A stretch of 64,000 nt of DNA from Thermomicrobiales bacterium (GTDB lineage Bacteria; Chloroflexota; Chloroflexia; Thermomicrobiales; CFX8). Below, piece after piece: positions 1 to 10,701 of the stretch. A program made the position numbers and the translations under genes. The notes beneath the pieces were generated by a model that saw nothing but the letters and a program-made list of their open reading frames with translations, ran no database searches and was not told the DNA's origin. The stretch lies in NCBI GenBank assembly GCA_037045155.1, contig JBAOIG010000002.1, positions 278,433 to 342,432 of the forward strand, given 5' to 3'. Numbering within the stretch: the stretch's first letter is position 1; every line of letters begins with the position of its first letter.

Positions 1-3000
1 CCGTCGCGACGACGGCATCGAACGCCTTGAGCTGCTCGCCGATTCGCCCGGCAAGGTCTGCGTAGAGATCCTCCATCTGGCGGGTCGGCGCGGCGTCGGC
101 CGTCTCCAGCGCGCCGCCGAGGGTGGCAAGCTTGGTGTTGAGCCTGACCGGGTAGTTGAGCGTGTCCTGGACGGACTGCACCTTGACCTGCAGCAGCTCG
201 CCCTCGATCGCGTCGAGCTTGTCGACGAGCGCCTTGCCGGCCGCGGCGATCGCCTCGCCCGACGCAGCGTCCTTCGCGCGCCCGACCCAGCCGTTCGCCT
301 GCTCGCGCAGGGCGCGGATGCGGTTCACCGCGCGGTTCAGCTCGCCGTGCGTGTCGCGGATCTTCAGGCCCAGCGCCGTCTGGGCGGCGAAGTCGTCGGC
401 CGTCGTCGTCAGGCGTGGATCGGGAGTGACGACAATCGGCACGGTCAACGTCTCGCCGCCGGCTGTCAGGCGCGCCTGATAGCTCCCCGGCGCGGCGAGC
501 GGGCCGCCGACGCCGGGCTGGTCGCCGCCCTTGGTCGCGATCTTCTCGGCATTGGCGTAGCGCAGGTCCCAGACGAAGCGATTCAGCCCGACGCTGGTTG
601 GCAGCTTCGGCTGGCCGTCGTCCTCGGCGTCGTCGGCGTCGGCCGCTGGCTTGCTGGCGTACTCGCGGATGACGTTGCCGCTGGCGTCGAGGATCTCCAG
701 CCGGATCGGATCGGCCGGCGTCTCGGCCAGCGCGTAGTGGAGCAAGACGCCATACGGCGGGTTGTTGCCGGCGTCGGTGTAGGTGAACTTGGTGCCGCCC
801 TCGGCGGTCTTCTCAACGTTGTAAGACGGGATCATCCCGCCGACGAACCAGTAGTTCCGGCCGGGAACCGGCGCGTGGCCGAAGCCCCGCCAGCTGGCCC
901 AGGCGCAGCGTCTCGCGCGGGGCGAACAGGCGCGTCTGGCCGGCGGCGTCGCCCATCTGGCGCAGGACCTCGAGGTCGTCGAGGATCCAGAAGCTGCGGC
1001 CGTGGGTGCAGACGACGAGCTCGTCGCCGCGTGATGATCAGGTCGTGGATTGGCACGACCGGCAGGTTGCCGCCCAGCCGCTGCCACGAGTTGCCACCGT
1101 CGTCCACGAGATGTAGATGCCGGTCTCGGTGCCGGCATAGAGCATGCCGCGCCGCTTCGGATCCTCGCGGACGACGCGGGTGAAGTCGTCGTGCGGGATG
1201 CCGTTGGTGATCGTCGTCCAGGTCTTGCCGCCGTCGGTCGTGCGGAAGAGGTAGGGGGCGAAGTCGTCGAGCTTGTAGCGTGTGGCGGCCAGCGTAGGCC
1301 GGTCTGGTCGTCGTGCGGGCTGGCGTCGATCAGCGAGCATGAGCGCCCAGTCGGGCAGCCCCGTCGGGCTGACGTCGGCTGCCATGTCTGCGCCGCCGTC
1401 GCGAGTGACGTGGACCAGTCCGTCGTCGGAGCCGGTCCAGATGACGCCCGGGCGTAACCGGCGACTCGGCGATGGTGAAGATCGTGCCGTAGTACCTCGG
1501 CGCCGGTGTTGTCCTTGGTGATCGGGCCGCCGGACGAGCCCAGCGTCTCCGGGTCGTCGCGGGTCAGGTCGGGGCTGAGTCGATGTCCCAGCTGACTGGC
1601 CCTCGTTGGTCGTGCGGAAGACGTAGTTGCGCGCCGACGTAGCAGGCGTGTCGGGTCGTGCGGCGAGAGGACGATCGGCGAGGTCCACTGGAAGCGGTAC
1701 TTCATGCCTCGGCCGCAGCGATCGCCGATGGAAGTTCTCCGGCCAGACGGCTGATGTTGCGCGCTCTGCTCGCGGCCGTGGTCGTAGCGGGTCAGGAAGC
1801 CCTGCATCGAGCCGGCGTAGACGATATCGGGGTCGTCGGGGCGAATGGCGATGTAGCCGCTCTCGCCGCCGCCGATCTCGCGCCATTCGTTGATGATGAT
1901 GGCGTCGTAGTTCGACCGGCTGGGCAGCGACATCGTCGTGTTGTCCTGCTGCGCGCCGTAGACGCGGTAGGGCGTCCGGGTGTCGGTGGCGACGTGGTAG
2001 AACTCGCCGGTCGGCTGGTTGTAGAGGGTAGACCACGAGCCGCCGCCGTTGAAGGTGACCATCGTCGCCGCCGTCGTTGCCGAGGATCATCCGGTCGGTG
2101 TTGGTCGGGTCGATCCACATGTCGTGGTTGTCGCCGTGCGGGGCGGGGACCTGCTGGAAGGTCTTGCCGCCATCGACCGAGCGCCAGAGCTCGACGTTCA
2201 GCACCCAGACAGTGTCGGCGTCGCACGGGTCGGCGACGATGTGCGAGTAGTACCAGGCGCGCTGGCGCAGGTTGCGGTCGTCGCTGGTCCGCTCCCAGGT
2301 CTCGCCGCTGTCGTCGGAGCGGAAGACGCCGCCCTCCTCGTGCCTCGAACATGGCGTAGACGCGGCCGGGCTGGCGGCGAGGCGACGACGGCCGATCTTG
2401 CCGAGAATCCCCTCTGGCACGCCGGGCCGCTCGGTCAGATCCTGTCCAGGTGTCGCCGCCATCGAGCGAGCGGAAGATGCCGCGAGCCGGGGCCGCCGCT
2501 GAGCTCATGTAATGCGGGCCGCGCTCGGCCTCGCAAGAGCCGGCGTAGATGATCCGCGGGTTGTTCGGGTCGAGCGACAGGTCGTTCGCGCCGGCGTCGG
2601 TCGGAGACGAAGAGGATGCTGCTCCCAGGTCTTCGCCGCCGTCCTTCGAGCGGTAGAGCCCGCGCTCGGGGTTCGGGCCGTGGGCGTGACCGAAGGCAGC
2701 GACGTAGACGAGGTCGGGGTTGGTCGGGTGGACGCGCACCTTGCCGATGTTGCGCGTCTTCGGCCAGCCCGAGGTGCTGCCAGGTCTTGCCGCCGTCGGT
2801 GGACTTGTAGACGCCGTCGCCGTGGGAGACGTTGCCGCGGATGGTCGACTCGCCCATGCCGACGTAGATGACGTTGGGGTCGGACTCGGCAACGGCGATC
2901 GCGCCCACCGAGGCGCGCTTGAAGAAGCCGTCGGAGATGTTCCTCCAGTGTTGACCGCCGTCGTCGGATCTTCCAGACGCCGCCGCCGGTCGAGCCGAAC

Positions 3001-3107
3001 CAGGCAGTCGCGGGCATCGACGCGTGGCCGGCCACCGTGACGACGCGCCCACCGCGCGTCGGCCCGATGCTGCGCCACTCCAGCCCGTCGAGAAGCTTCT
3101 GATCCAT
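1..3107 (-). pseudogene. BNR/Asp-box repeat (sortilin/VPS10-like) beta-propeller protein. The C-terminus runs off the window start and the N-terminal two-thirds is broken by many frameshifts.
   Basis: The N-terminus [27 protein letters not shown] starts at 3107. Asp-box motifs ([60 protein letters not shown]) are scattered over all three minus frames (track ORFs 2505..3128, 2435..3052, 1792..3132, 1038..2462, 832..1107). From about 900 down to 1 a single open frame (..NYWFVGGMIPSYNVEKTAEGG...LKAFDAVVAT) continues past the window edge. Confidence 0.8.
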
Positions 3108-3460
3108 GCCGTTCCCTCTCACGATCACTCATGCCATCTCAGCAGCCCCGAGTATAGGCCGGATGGATGTACGGGGGAACGAGAGGGTCGGAGATCTGGC
3201 GCAACCTTATGCTGTCGCGGCAGTAGATATCCATCAACCACTGCGCGGGCAAGATCGTAGATGGCTGCCGGCTACGACGTGATCGGCGGGTGCACAGCAG
3301 CCCCTGACGATACTGTGCTTGCGGCTGAGCATCACCAGCCGTCGGAGCGCGTTCACAGACACTAGCTGTCACAGCTACGGCATGTTTCGCAGTATGAAGC
3401 CCACAAAAACGCGGCACCGGCAATCTCGCCAGGGCCGCGTGATGTCTCCGACAGGCAGGG

Positions 3461-6400
3461 CTACCGCATGCGGAACGTGACGGTGTGCTCGACCGGGTCG
3501 CCAGCAACGGTGAACGTGATCGCCCAGACGCCGGCCACACGGCCGCGAATCTGGAAATCGTAGACGTACCCGCGGAGCCGCGAATCGTAGCGGAAGTTAC
3601 TATCCCGGTTTGCGCTGATGGCGGTGTGGGGACGTGTCGCGGCGCCACCATCGAGCGTCGTCAGCTGCACCGCGTTGAGGATGATCTCGGCGTCCGATAC
3701 GTTCGCCCCCTTCGCGTCGGTCAACCGCAGCCGGACCGGCAGCGAGCTACCGGGCCGGTGCGCCTCATCCTGATCGTAGAGCGTGGCGATGTTATAGGTC
3801 ACACCATACCCGACGCTCACGGTGGCCGCGTTGCCGACGTTGTCGATGGCATCGACGGTGAACTGCTTCGTTCCGGCCGACGCCGTGTCGATCGCCGCGC
3901 CGCTGGTGACCGGCCCAGTGCAACCTGCGACGCCGGAGCCGCCGTCGGCACAGGTGTAGCTGGCGATGACGGACTGGTTGAGCACGTAGATCGTGTCAGT
4001 GGGGGAGGTCAGCGTGATCTCTGGAGCATTCTTGTCAACCCTGTTCCCGCTGACCGGACCCGCGATGGAGCAGTTGCCGGCAACATCGCAGACCTGACGA
4101 CTCCCCGTGGCCGCGCCGGTCGTCTCAGTTCCGAACGTGACATTGGTCGACAGCACAAACGCGACGTCACTAGCGTTGTCCAGACCGGAGGCGGCATCGC
4201 TGGCGACGCAACGGATACTGACGTCCGCGGCGTGCCACTGGCCGTCGGCGGCGTCGCAGAAGACAGCCGGCTGGGTCTTGTCGATCTGAACGATGAGCGT
4301 CTGCTCGGCGCTGCGCCGGCCGGCCTGATCGACTGCCTGGTACGTGATCAGGTATTCACCCTCGGCCGCTGGCAGAACCGTGCCGGGGTCGAGGACCATG
4401 CCGTCCGGCAGCGTCCACCCCTCGGCCGGCACGACCTTGTCCTGGCCGAAGCTGGCAGACGCGCCCGGACCAGCGCTGAAGCGCGTATCGCCATCCAGCA
4501 GCAGGCTGTGGTATTCGATCAGGGCCACACCCGATCCGCCGATTGTGTCACGACCGTCGAATCGGACGTCGACCGCCGAGCGATACCAGCCGTTCGCGCC
4601 GGGCAGCCCGGCGACGACCGTAGCGGTCGGGGCGATCGGGTCGTGGAGGTCCACCTTCGCGTCGTACTGGAATGTCGAGCTTGCGCCGACCAGATTACTG
4701 GCGGCGAACGCAAACTGGTGGATACCGTCGGCAGCGATCTCGATCGTCCAGCGGTACACACCATCGCTGCCGAGCGCCGCGGCGCAGGTCACGCCCGCGA
4801 CGGCCGCGCAATCTGCGCCGTTGACAGTGAGGCTTGCGCCGCGGAGGCCGGCCGCGTCGAACGTGGCGATGGTCAGCACCGCCCTGTCCGACGCGCAGCC
4901 GCCGCCCGCGTCACAGACGCCGGTCAGCCAGCCAGCAGCCCCGACTCTGGAGGCGATGGCGCCAGACGTGGTGGACGCGGTAAAGCTTGGGCCAGGGCCG
5001 TCAGCAGCCGTGAGGGCCTTGACGACCTGACGGGCGTAGGCGCGCTGGCCGGCCGCGTTGGGGTGCATCGTGCCCTTCTGCTCTCTAGCTCAAGCAGGAA
5101 GATCGGCCCCCACGAAGTCGTCGTCTTCCAGACAGGTCCCTGTTGGCGCGCCGATTCGTACGGTCTCACGACCCAGTTGTCGTTGGCGCAGTAGCCGTGT
5201 CGGGCGAACTGCTCGGAGATGCCGGTCACGAAATGCCAGCCCTTATCGGCGTGGCGTTCGGCAGCGTCGCGGATCGCATTGTTGAGCGGGATGATGACCG
5301 AGTTGCGCGCCCACTCCGCCTCGTCGCGGTCGATGTGGATCTTGGCGAAATCGAACGGAGTGGCCGGGACAATCTCGCCTAGCATCGAGCTACAGGTCTC
5401 GCCGTTGGCATCGCCCGTCGGGTCGGGGTATTCGGTGATGTAGACATTCTTGATGTTCAGCGCCGGCCGACCATCAGGGGTTGGGTTTGTCAGGGCGTTC
5501 GCCAGCCGGTCATAGCGGTTCGGCAGTTCCGCCATATCGTCCCGCAGACGGTCGAGGACGGCGGGCTGCTCGTGACAACGGCCGCCAGTGCCGAAGACGC
5601 GCGGCATGTTGTGCCAGACGCAGTCGGCGATGATGTCGGCGAAGTGGATGTCATTGCCGCCGCCGCTGACGATCAGCGCGTCGATCTCACGCCCATTCGC
5701 CACCTCGGAGAGCACCTGGAGCTGTGACTTCAGGTAGGCGCCGGGCGAGTAGTCGTCGGGATTCGGCGGGACGGTTCCGCGGAACGGCCCGAGCATTCCG
5801 CTGCCCTCAAATTTGTCGCCGTTGTAGATTGGTGCGTCGATCGTGCCGCCGGAGCAGGCCAGCGAGATGAACGTGACCGACGACTTCGAGTCGCCGCGCT
5901 CGATCGCCATCGCCGCCTGCGCCGCGCCGGCCGTCGCCGAGCGGTGACAGCGCTCGTCCACCCACTTCGCGCCCGCGCTGACGAAGCCGAGATCATCGAA
6001 CTTCTGCGGTATATCGGGGTTGCCCTCGCCCGACCCGTAGGAGTCGCCGATCGAGACGATGAACACGTCCTTGACCGTCACGATCTGGGAGTGGCTCATC
6101 GTCGCGCCGGCCAGCGTCGTGATCGTCACCGCCACGTCGTAGTCCCCCTCGGCGGAGAACGTGTGCTGCCAGAGACAGCTGTTGGTCGGCGCGCCGGCAT
6201 CTGCGCCATCGACCGCCCAGGCGTACGTGTTGGCCGACAAGCCGGAGGCGGCCTCCTCCTCGGTCTGGCAGCCGTCGAAGTTCAGGACAAAGCCGCTCGG
6301 GTTGACATATGCATGGTCGTAGGTCGCTGTCGCCGGATCCCAGTGGTAATCGATGATGCCGTTGCCGTCGGCATCAAGGCCGAAGCGGCTCGGCGTGCTC

Positions 6401-6558
6401 CAATCGAACCCAGCTGCGGGCGGGATAAATGGTGGATTGGGAACATCGTCGATCGGACTTGGGTCGAGCCGATCTTTCGGCAGCGCACTGGTCGCGGCAG
6501 GGAAGAGCCCCGAGATCAACGTTACCGTCGCGAACAACACGAGTAATCGGCGAGGCAT
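3461..6558 (-). pseudogene. Secreted SGNH/GDSL-family hydrolase with a long Ig-like C-terminal region, split by one frameshift.
   Basis: ORFs 4924..6558 and 3461..5068 are one gene. The upstream ORF has the signal peptide MPRRLLVLFATVTLISGLFPAATSA plus GDSYGSGEGN and SGGGND blocks. The SGNH block V motif (G)TMHPNAAGQRAYA opens the downstream ORF. The frame changes within about 5070-5095. The C-terminal ~520 aa look like repeated beta-sandwich units (DKTQPAV.., DKNAPEITLTSP..). Confidence 0.75.
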
Positions 6559-7011
6559 GCAAAGTGTCCCTTCATCAACCAGCGAAACGGGCGAGAGAAA
6601 CCCATGTTCTCTGAAAAGTCACCAGCCGAACCGGTGATGGTGTTGGTGATGTGATGTGGTGGTGAAGTGATGAGGATGCGTGAAGGCTTCGGGAGCCTCG
6701 CCAAGCATACCGCACAAATCAGCCCGACCGGCGCTTCCACGGCCCGGAACGCGGCTCAATCCCGCTGCCGGACGCCTGACAATACGCACTCGACGCGAGC
6801 AAGGATAGCGAGGACGGGGTCGGAGTCGGAGAACATCCCGGCCCGCGAGGCGATGAATATCGGCCGGGTAACGCAAGATCTATCGAGAGATCAGCAGATT
6901 CATTCCCGTGCTCTTAACGACCCCGCCACAGCAATCCCGACAGCCACAGCGGAAGAGCGTTACTCGAATTGCGAGTCAGTGATGCTGGCCGGGCGACCGA
7001 TCGATGCCCCA

Positions 7012-7040
7012 TTGACCCGAGCGGGCGTCGGGCGTATTCT
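7012..7040 (+). promoter_or_regulatory. Candidate sigma70-type promoter TTGACC-17-TATTCT.
   Basis: The hexamers were read directly. It lies about 130 nt upstream of ATG 7172, in a 600-bp divergent intergenic region of lower GC. Confidence 0.3.
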
Positions 7041-7171
7041 GGTTCCATCGCAGTACTGCAAATTCGTTATTCCGTTGTGTAGCCTCCGCAGCCGACACAA
7101 ATCATTCGTGTTCCCTCAAGCACTGAACGATCAAAACACCAGTGGATCGGAGAACGCACAGGAGGCGCCAC

Positions 7172-8857
7172 ATGTCACGCCATATGGTCCGCATCGCCGT
7201 AGTCTTGCTCCTCGCCTGCTCTGCGCTCGCAAGCAGCGCCGGCGCCACGCGAGCCTGGGACGAGCCAACGCTGGTGGCAGCCACCGGGAACGCGGTCTCG
7301 ATCACCCGGCTGAGGACGGACGGACGGTTCGTCATCTGGATCGTCTATTCCTCACAATCTCCGGGCTCCACGACAGCCACGCTCGACGGTATCGATCGGT
7401 TAACCGGCGAACCTGTCAGCGTTGACATCACGGGCGACCCCGAGAACCCTTCGACTCTCTGGGACGCTCTGGCCGTCGACCTCGATATCGACGGCGGGCT
7501 GCTGGCGCTGTCCACGACGTGGAACCACTACCACGGCGAGGGTCCGCACGGCGTCTTCGCCAAGAACCTGTATACCGGCGAACAATGGCAACTCTCGTCA
7601 GCCAAGGTCCCAGGACCGGTTGGCGTCTCCGGCAGCACCGTCTACTGGGTCGAACGGATTCCTGGCGGCGGCGATCGCGATGTCATCCGCGCCCAGGGTG
7701 CTTATCCTGGCGCCGACACGAGCAACCTCTACACCGCCGCAACCCGGGAGACGTTCGTGAAGGATCTCAGTGTCGCCGAAGGGCACGTGATCTGGCAGGA
7801 GCACGACGAGGCGACGGATTCCTGGCGGCTGGCGACGCTGGCTGCCGGCGACGACCTGACAATTGCCGAAGGCACGCAGCGGATCCCATTCGACGCACGC
7901 GGCGATGTGCTGGTGTATCGGGAAGCCGGGGGCCTGTCTGTCCGATCGCTGACGACGGGGGTGACACGCCACATCGCGATCGACGCCACGCAGTTCGCCA
8001 CCGACGGCCGCTACATCGTCTGGAACGCCAACCCGTTGATTCGGATGTACGACCTTCAGACGGACGCCTCGTTTGTCGCGGTCACCTCGAATATCGTCGA
8101 TGGCGCGGGCGGGCAATTCGGGCTCGTCGCGGCGTCTGGCGGAGCACTCTCCTGGACACGGACATTCCCATACGTGTACCCACCGCCATACGATCAGGTG
8201 ACCAACGAAATTCACGCGGCGCCGATCTCCACCCGCCTGCCGAGCGCGCCACGCCCCAACCCGGACGCAATCGGCGCCACGTGGAAGTATTTCCCGGAAA
8301 CCAGCCACTACCTGTCGTGGAGCTTCCTTGAGTATTGGCAGGCGAATGGTGGCCTGCCGGTGTTCGGCTTCCCGCTGACCGAGGAATTCTCCGAGCTCAA
8401 TGCCGACACCGGCGTGGACTACACCGTCCAGCTCACGGAGCGGCAGCGCTTCGAGTACCACCCCGAGAACGCGCCGCCGTACCACGTGCTGCTCGGCCGC
8501 CTCGGCGCGGAGCTGCTGGTGAGCCAGGGTCGCGACTGGACCACGTTCCCGACCGCTGACCCCAGCGCCCCACACTACATGCCCGCAACCGGGCACGCCA
8601 TCGACGAACGATTCTGGGACTGCTGGTCCGGCCGCGGCCTCGACGTCGGGGATCCGGGCGTCTCGTTCCGCGAATCGCTGGCCCTCTTCGGCTACCCGCT
8701 CTCGGAGCCGATGATGGAGACGAACGCGGACAACGACACCGTTCTGACGCAGTACTTCGAACGCGCCGTCTTCGAGTGGCATCCGGACAACCCGCCGGAG
8801 TGGCGGGTGCTGCTGCGCCGGCTGGGCGCGGAGGCGCTATCGGACAGGGGCTGGTAG
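7172..8857 (+). CDS. Secreted protein with a putative beta-propeller N-terminal region and two LGFP-like C-terminal modules.
   Basis: AGGAGG lies about 6 nt upstream of ATG 7172. Signal peptide MSRHMVRIAVVLLLACSALASSAGA. A strand motif recurs six times (DGRFVIW, GSTVYWVE, EGHVIWQE, GDVLVYRE, DGRYIVWN, GGALSWTR). The C-terminal modules read ..GGLPVFGFPLTEEF..TVQLTERQRFEYHPE.. and ..LALFGYPLSEPM..LTQYFERAVFEWHPD... Confidence 0.7.
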   Translation: MSRHMVRIAVVLLLACSALASSAGATRAWDEPTLVAATGNAVSITRLRTDGRFVIWIVYSSQSPGSTTATLDGIDRLTGEPVSVDITGDPENPSTLWDALAVDLDIDGGLLALSTTWNHYHGEGPHGVFAKNLYTGEQWQLSSAKVPGPVGVSGSTVYWVERIPGGGDRDVIRAQGAYPGADTSNLYTAATRETFVKDLSVAEGHVIWQEHDEATDSWRLATLAAGDDLTIAEGTQRIPFDARGDVLVYREAGGLSVRSLTTGVTRHIAIDATQFATDGRYIVWNANPLIRMYDLQTDASFVAVTSNIVDGAGGQFGLVAASGGALSWTRTFPYVYPPPYDQVTNEIHAAPISTRLPSAPRPNPDAIGATWKYFPETSHYLSWSFLEYWQANGGLPVFGFPLTEEFSELNADTGVDYTVQLTERQRFEYHPENAPPYHVLLGRLGAELLVSQGRDWTTFPTADPSAPHYMPATGHAIDERFWDCWSGRGLDVGDPGVSFRESLALFGYPLSEPMMETNADNDTVLTQYFERAVFEWHPDNPPEWRVLLRRLGAEALSDRGW

Positions 8858-9162
8858 GGGCCAGCGGCACAGGCGAGACGAGATTGCCTCAGCTGACGTA
8901 GCCGGCCATCCCCGCCGTCTCCTCGCTGGCAAACAGCTCGGCCTGCTCGATGACGAGCTGGGTGGCAACCGCATCTCGTCATCGAGTGGCTCATTGTCCT
9001 CCCCGGCCCTCGCACGGTTGCCAGAGTGTTCGGCGGGCTGCGGGGCGCGCTCGTATACAATCCGTTCCCACGATGTGGCTCGCGAATGCGTCCAGCAGGA
9101 GTGGAAGACTAGTCGATGGCCCGGCACAACGCTTCGCCGCGCCTGGCATACGAGGAGCCGGC

Positions 9163-10149
9163 ATGAGCCATCACCCGATCGCGCCTCTGCGCGGCTATCA
9201 CCACCTGACGATGGTCACCCGCGACGCGCGGGAGAATGCCCGCTTCTATCGCGATCTGCTGCGGCTGCGGCTGGTCAAGCAGACGGTCGATCTCACCATG
9301 CCGGATGTCCGCCACGTCTGCTACGGCGACGAGATCGGCGCGCCGGGGTCGCTGCTGACCTTCTTCGAATGGCCGGACGCCCCCCATGGCCAGCGCGGCT
9401 GGGGCGGGACGGAGCACATCGCCCTGCGGGTTGCCAGCGGGGCGGCGCTGGCATGGTGGCGCGGCCATCTGGAGCGCGAGGGGGTCGACCTGGAAGGGCC
9501 GTTCCACGACCACACCAGGCCGGCCATCCGGTTCCGCGATCCGGACGGGCTGATCGTCGAGCTGGTTGCCCCAGCCGGGGATGACGTGCCGGATGGCGCG
9601 CCGGTCTTCTTCGTGCCCGCGATGGCGATCGGCCGGATCGACCACGCCGCGCTGCTGGCGACCGATCGCGAGACGGCATCGGTCTACTACCAGCACATGC
9701 TGGGCTTCGACCTCGCCGGCGAATATCCAAACCCGATCAACCCTGGCCGGGCCGATCTCGTCTTCGAGATTGATGGGCCGGCCCCGGCCGAGCGGCTGAT
9801 CGTGACACTGGTGGACCACGACGCCGTCGGGCGCGCCGTCGCCGGCCCCGGCCAGATCCACCATATTGCCTTCTGCGTGCCGGACGAGGCAGTCGAGCTG
9901 GTCTGGCAGGAGCGGATCATCAGCGCGGGCGTCAACGTGTCGGACATCCAGGACCGGCAGTATTTCCACAGCATCGACTTCCGTGACCCGGACGGGCACC
10001 TGCTGGAGATCGCCACCGCTCACCCCGGATTCGCCATCGATGAGCCGCTGGAGTCGCTCGGCCAGGCGCTGAAGCTTCCGCCGTGGCTCGAGCATCGCCG
10101 CGACGAGCTGGAACGCAGGCTCCGCCCGATCGACGGGGACAACGAGTGA
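9163..10149 (+). CDS. Two-domain VOC (glyoxalase/ring-cleaving dioxygenase, MhqO-like) family protein.
   Basis: GAGGAG RBS before ATG 9163. The N-terminus GYHHLTMVTRDARENARFYRDLLRLRLVKQTVD...LLTFFEWPD and the second domain IDHAALLATDRETASVYYQHMLGFDL..HHIAFCV..YFHSIDFRDPDGHLLEIAT are typical VOC modules. Confidence 0.8.
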   Translation: MSHHPIAPLRGYHHLTMVTRDARENARFYRDLLRLRLVKQTVDLTMPDVRHVCYGDEIGAPGSLLTFFEWPDAPHGQRGWGGTEHIALRVASGAALAWWRGHLEREGVDLEGPFHDHTRPAIRFRDPDGLIVELVAPAGDDVPDGAPVFFVPAMAIGRIDHAALLATDRETASVYYQHMLGFDLAGEYPNPINPGRADLVFEIDGPAPAERLIVTLVDHDAVGRAVAGPGQIHHIAFCVPDEAVELVWQERIISAGVNVSDIQDRQYFHSIDFRDPDGHLLEIATAHPGFAIDEPLESLGQALKLPPWLEHRRDELERRLRPIDGDNE

Positions 10150-10322
10150 GCCGCCGTCAGATCCGCGCGGCGGTGATGATCGCCGGCGTCGTCCTCGCGA
10201 TCATCCTGCTGGTAGTGATCGCCGCCAGCGCTTCCGGATCGACGCGCATCATTGTCCTCGCCCTGCTGGCCCCGTTGCTGACACTCACGTCGGTGGCAGT
10301 CTGGCGCAGCCTCAACAGCTGA
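10146..10322 (+). CDS. Small (58 aa) two-helix membrane protein.
   Basis: The GTG start overlaps the TGA stop of the VOC gene (GTGA at 10146-10149). Hydrophobic sequence VMIAGVVLAIILLVVIAASA..IIVLALLAPLLTLTSVAVW. Confidence 0.45.
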   Translation: MSRRQIRAAVMIAGVVLAIILLVVIAASASGSTRIIVLALLAPLLTLTSVAVWRSLNS

Positions 10323-10380
10323 TCTCCGTCTCGTGACAGCCTGACACAGCCGTGATATGCTCTCTGTACGTACACGGTGA

Positions 10381-10698
10381 ATGTTCAGGCAGGGGCGCCC
10401 AATGGCACAGGCACGACGAGCGACGCGGACGATGTATGGCTACACAGTAGACGAGGTGTCGCGGTTCCTGCAATACGATCCGGCAGCAATACGCTACTGG
10501 CTGCGGACCGGCCACCTGGCCGGCGCATTCGACCCGTCGATCGACGACTGGCGGGTAACCGCCAACGACCTGGTGATCTTCCTGCGGCAGTCCAGCGAGC
10601 CGATGCCGACCGGCGTCGTCGTCTGGCACGACGCACCGGCTGTGCCATCCCCCGCGCCCGTCAGCGAAGCAGCGCTCGTGATGTCGGGAGCCGACTGA
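10381..10698 (+). CDS. Excisionase/MerR-like HTH (HTH_17-type) DNA-binding protein.
   Basis: YTVDEVSRFLQYDPAAIRYWLRTGHLAG matches the helix-turn-helix of excisionase-family binding domains. The real start may be the internal ATG at 10432 (MYGYTVDE). A possible promoter GTGACA-17-TATGCT lies at 10333-10361. Confidence 0.55.
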   Translation: MFRQGRPMAQARRATRTMYGYTVDEVSRFLQYDPAAIRYWLRTGHLAGAFDPSIDDWRVTANDLVIFLRQSSEPMPTGVVVWHDAPAVPSPAPVSEAALVMSGAD

Positions 10699-10701
10699 GC
10701 A

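Noticed and set aside
6600-6690. GT-rich low-complexity tract (ggtgatggtgttggtgatgtgatgtggtggtgaagtgatgaggatg), which encodes a His-rich peptide on the minus strand.
   Set aside because: It lies in the 5' leader/promoter region of the SGNH gene. The His-rich ORF (6619..6876) has no start context and implausible composition, and the tract is not a clean tandem repeat.
8896-9127. Small minus-strand gene ending ..DAVATQLVIEQAELFASEETAGMAGYVS, possibly frameshifted from MSHSMTR...
   Set aside because: Only 27 codons are open in the plausible frame and no recognisable family exists. Invoking yet another frameshift to rescue it would be circular.
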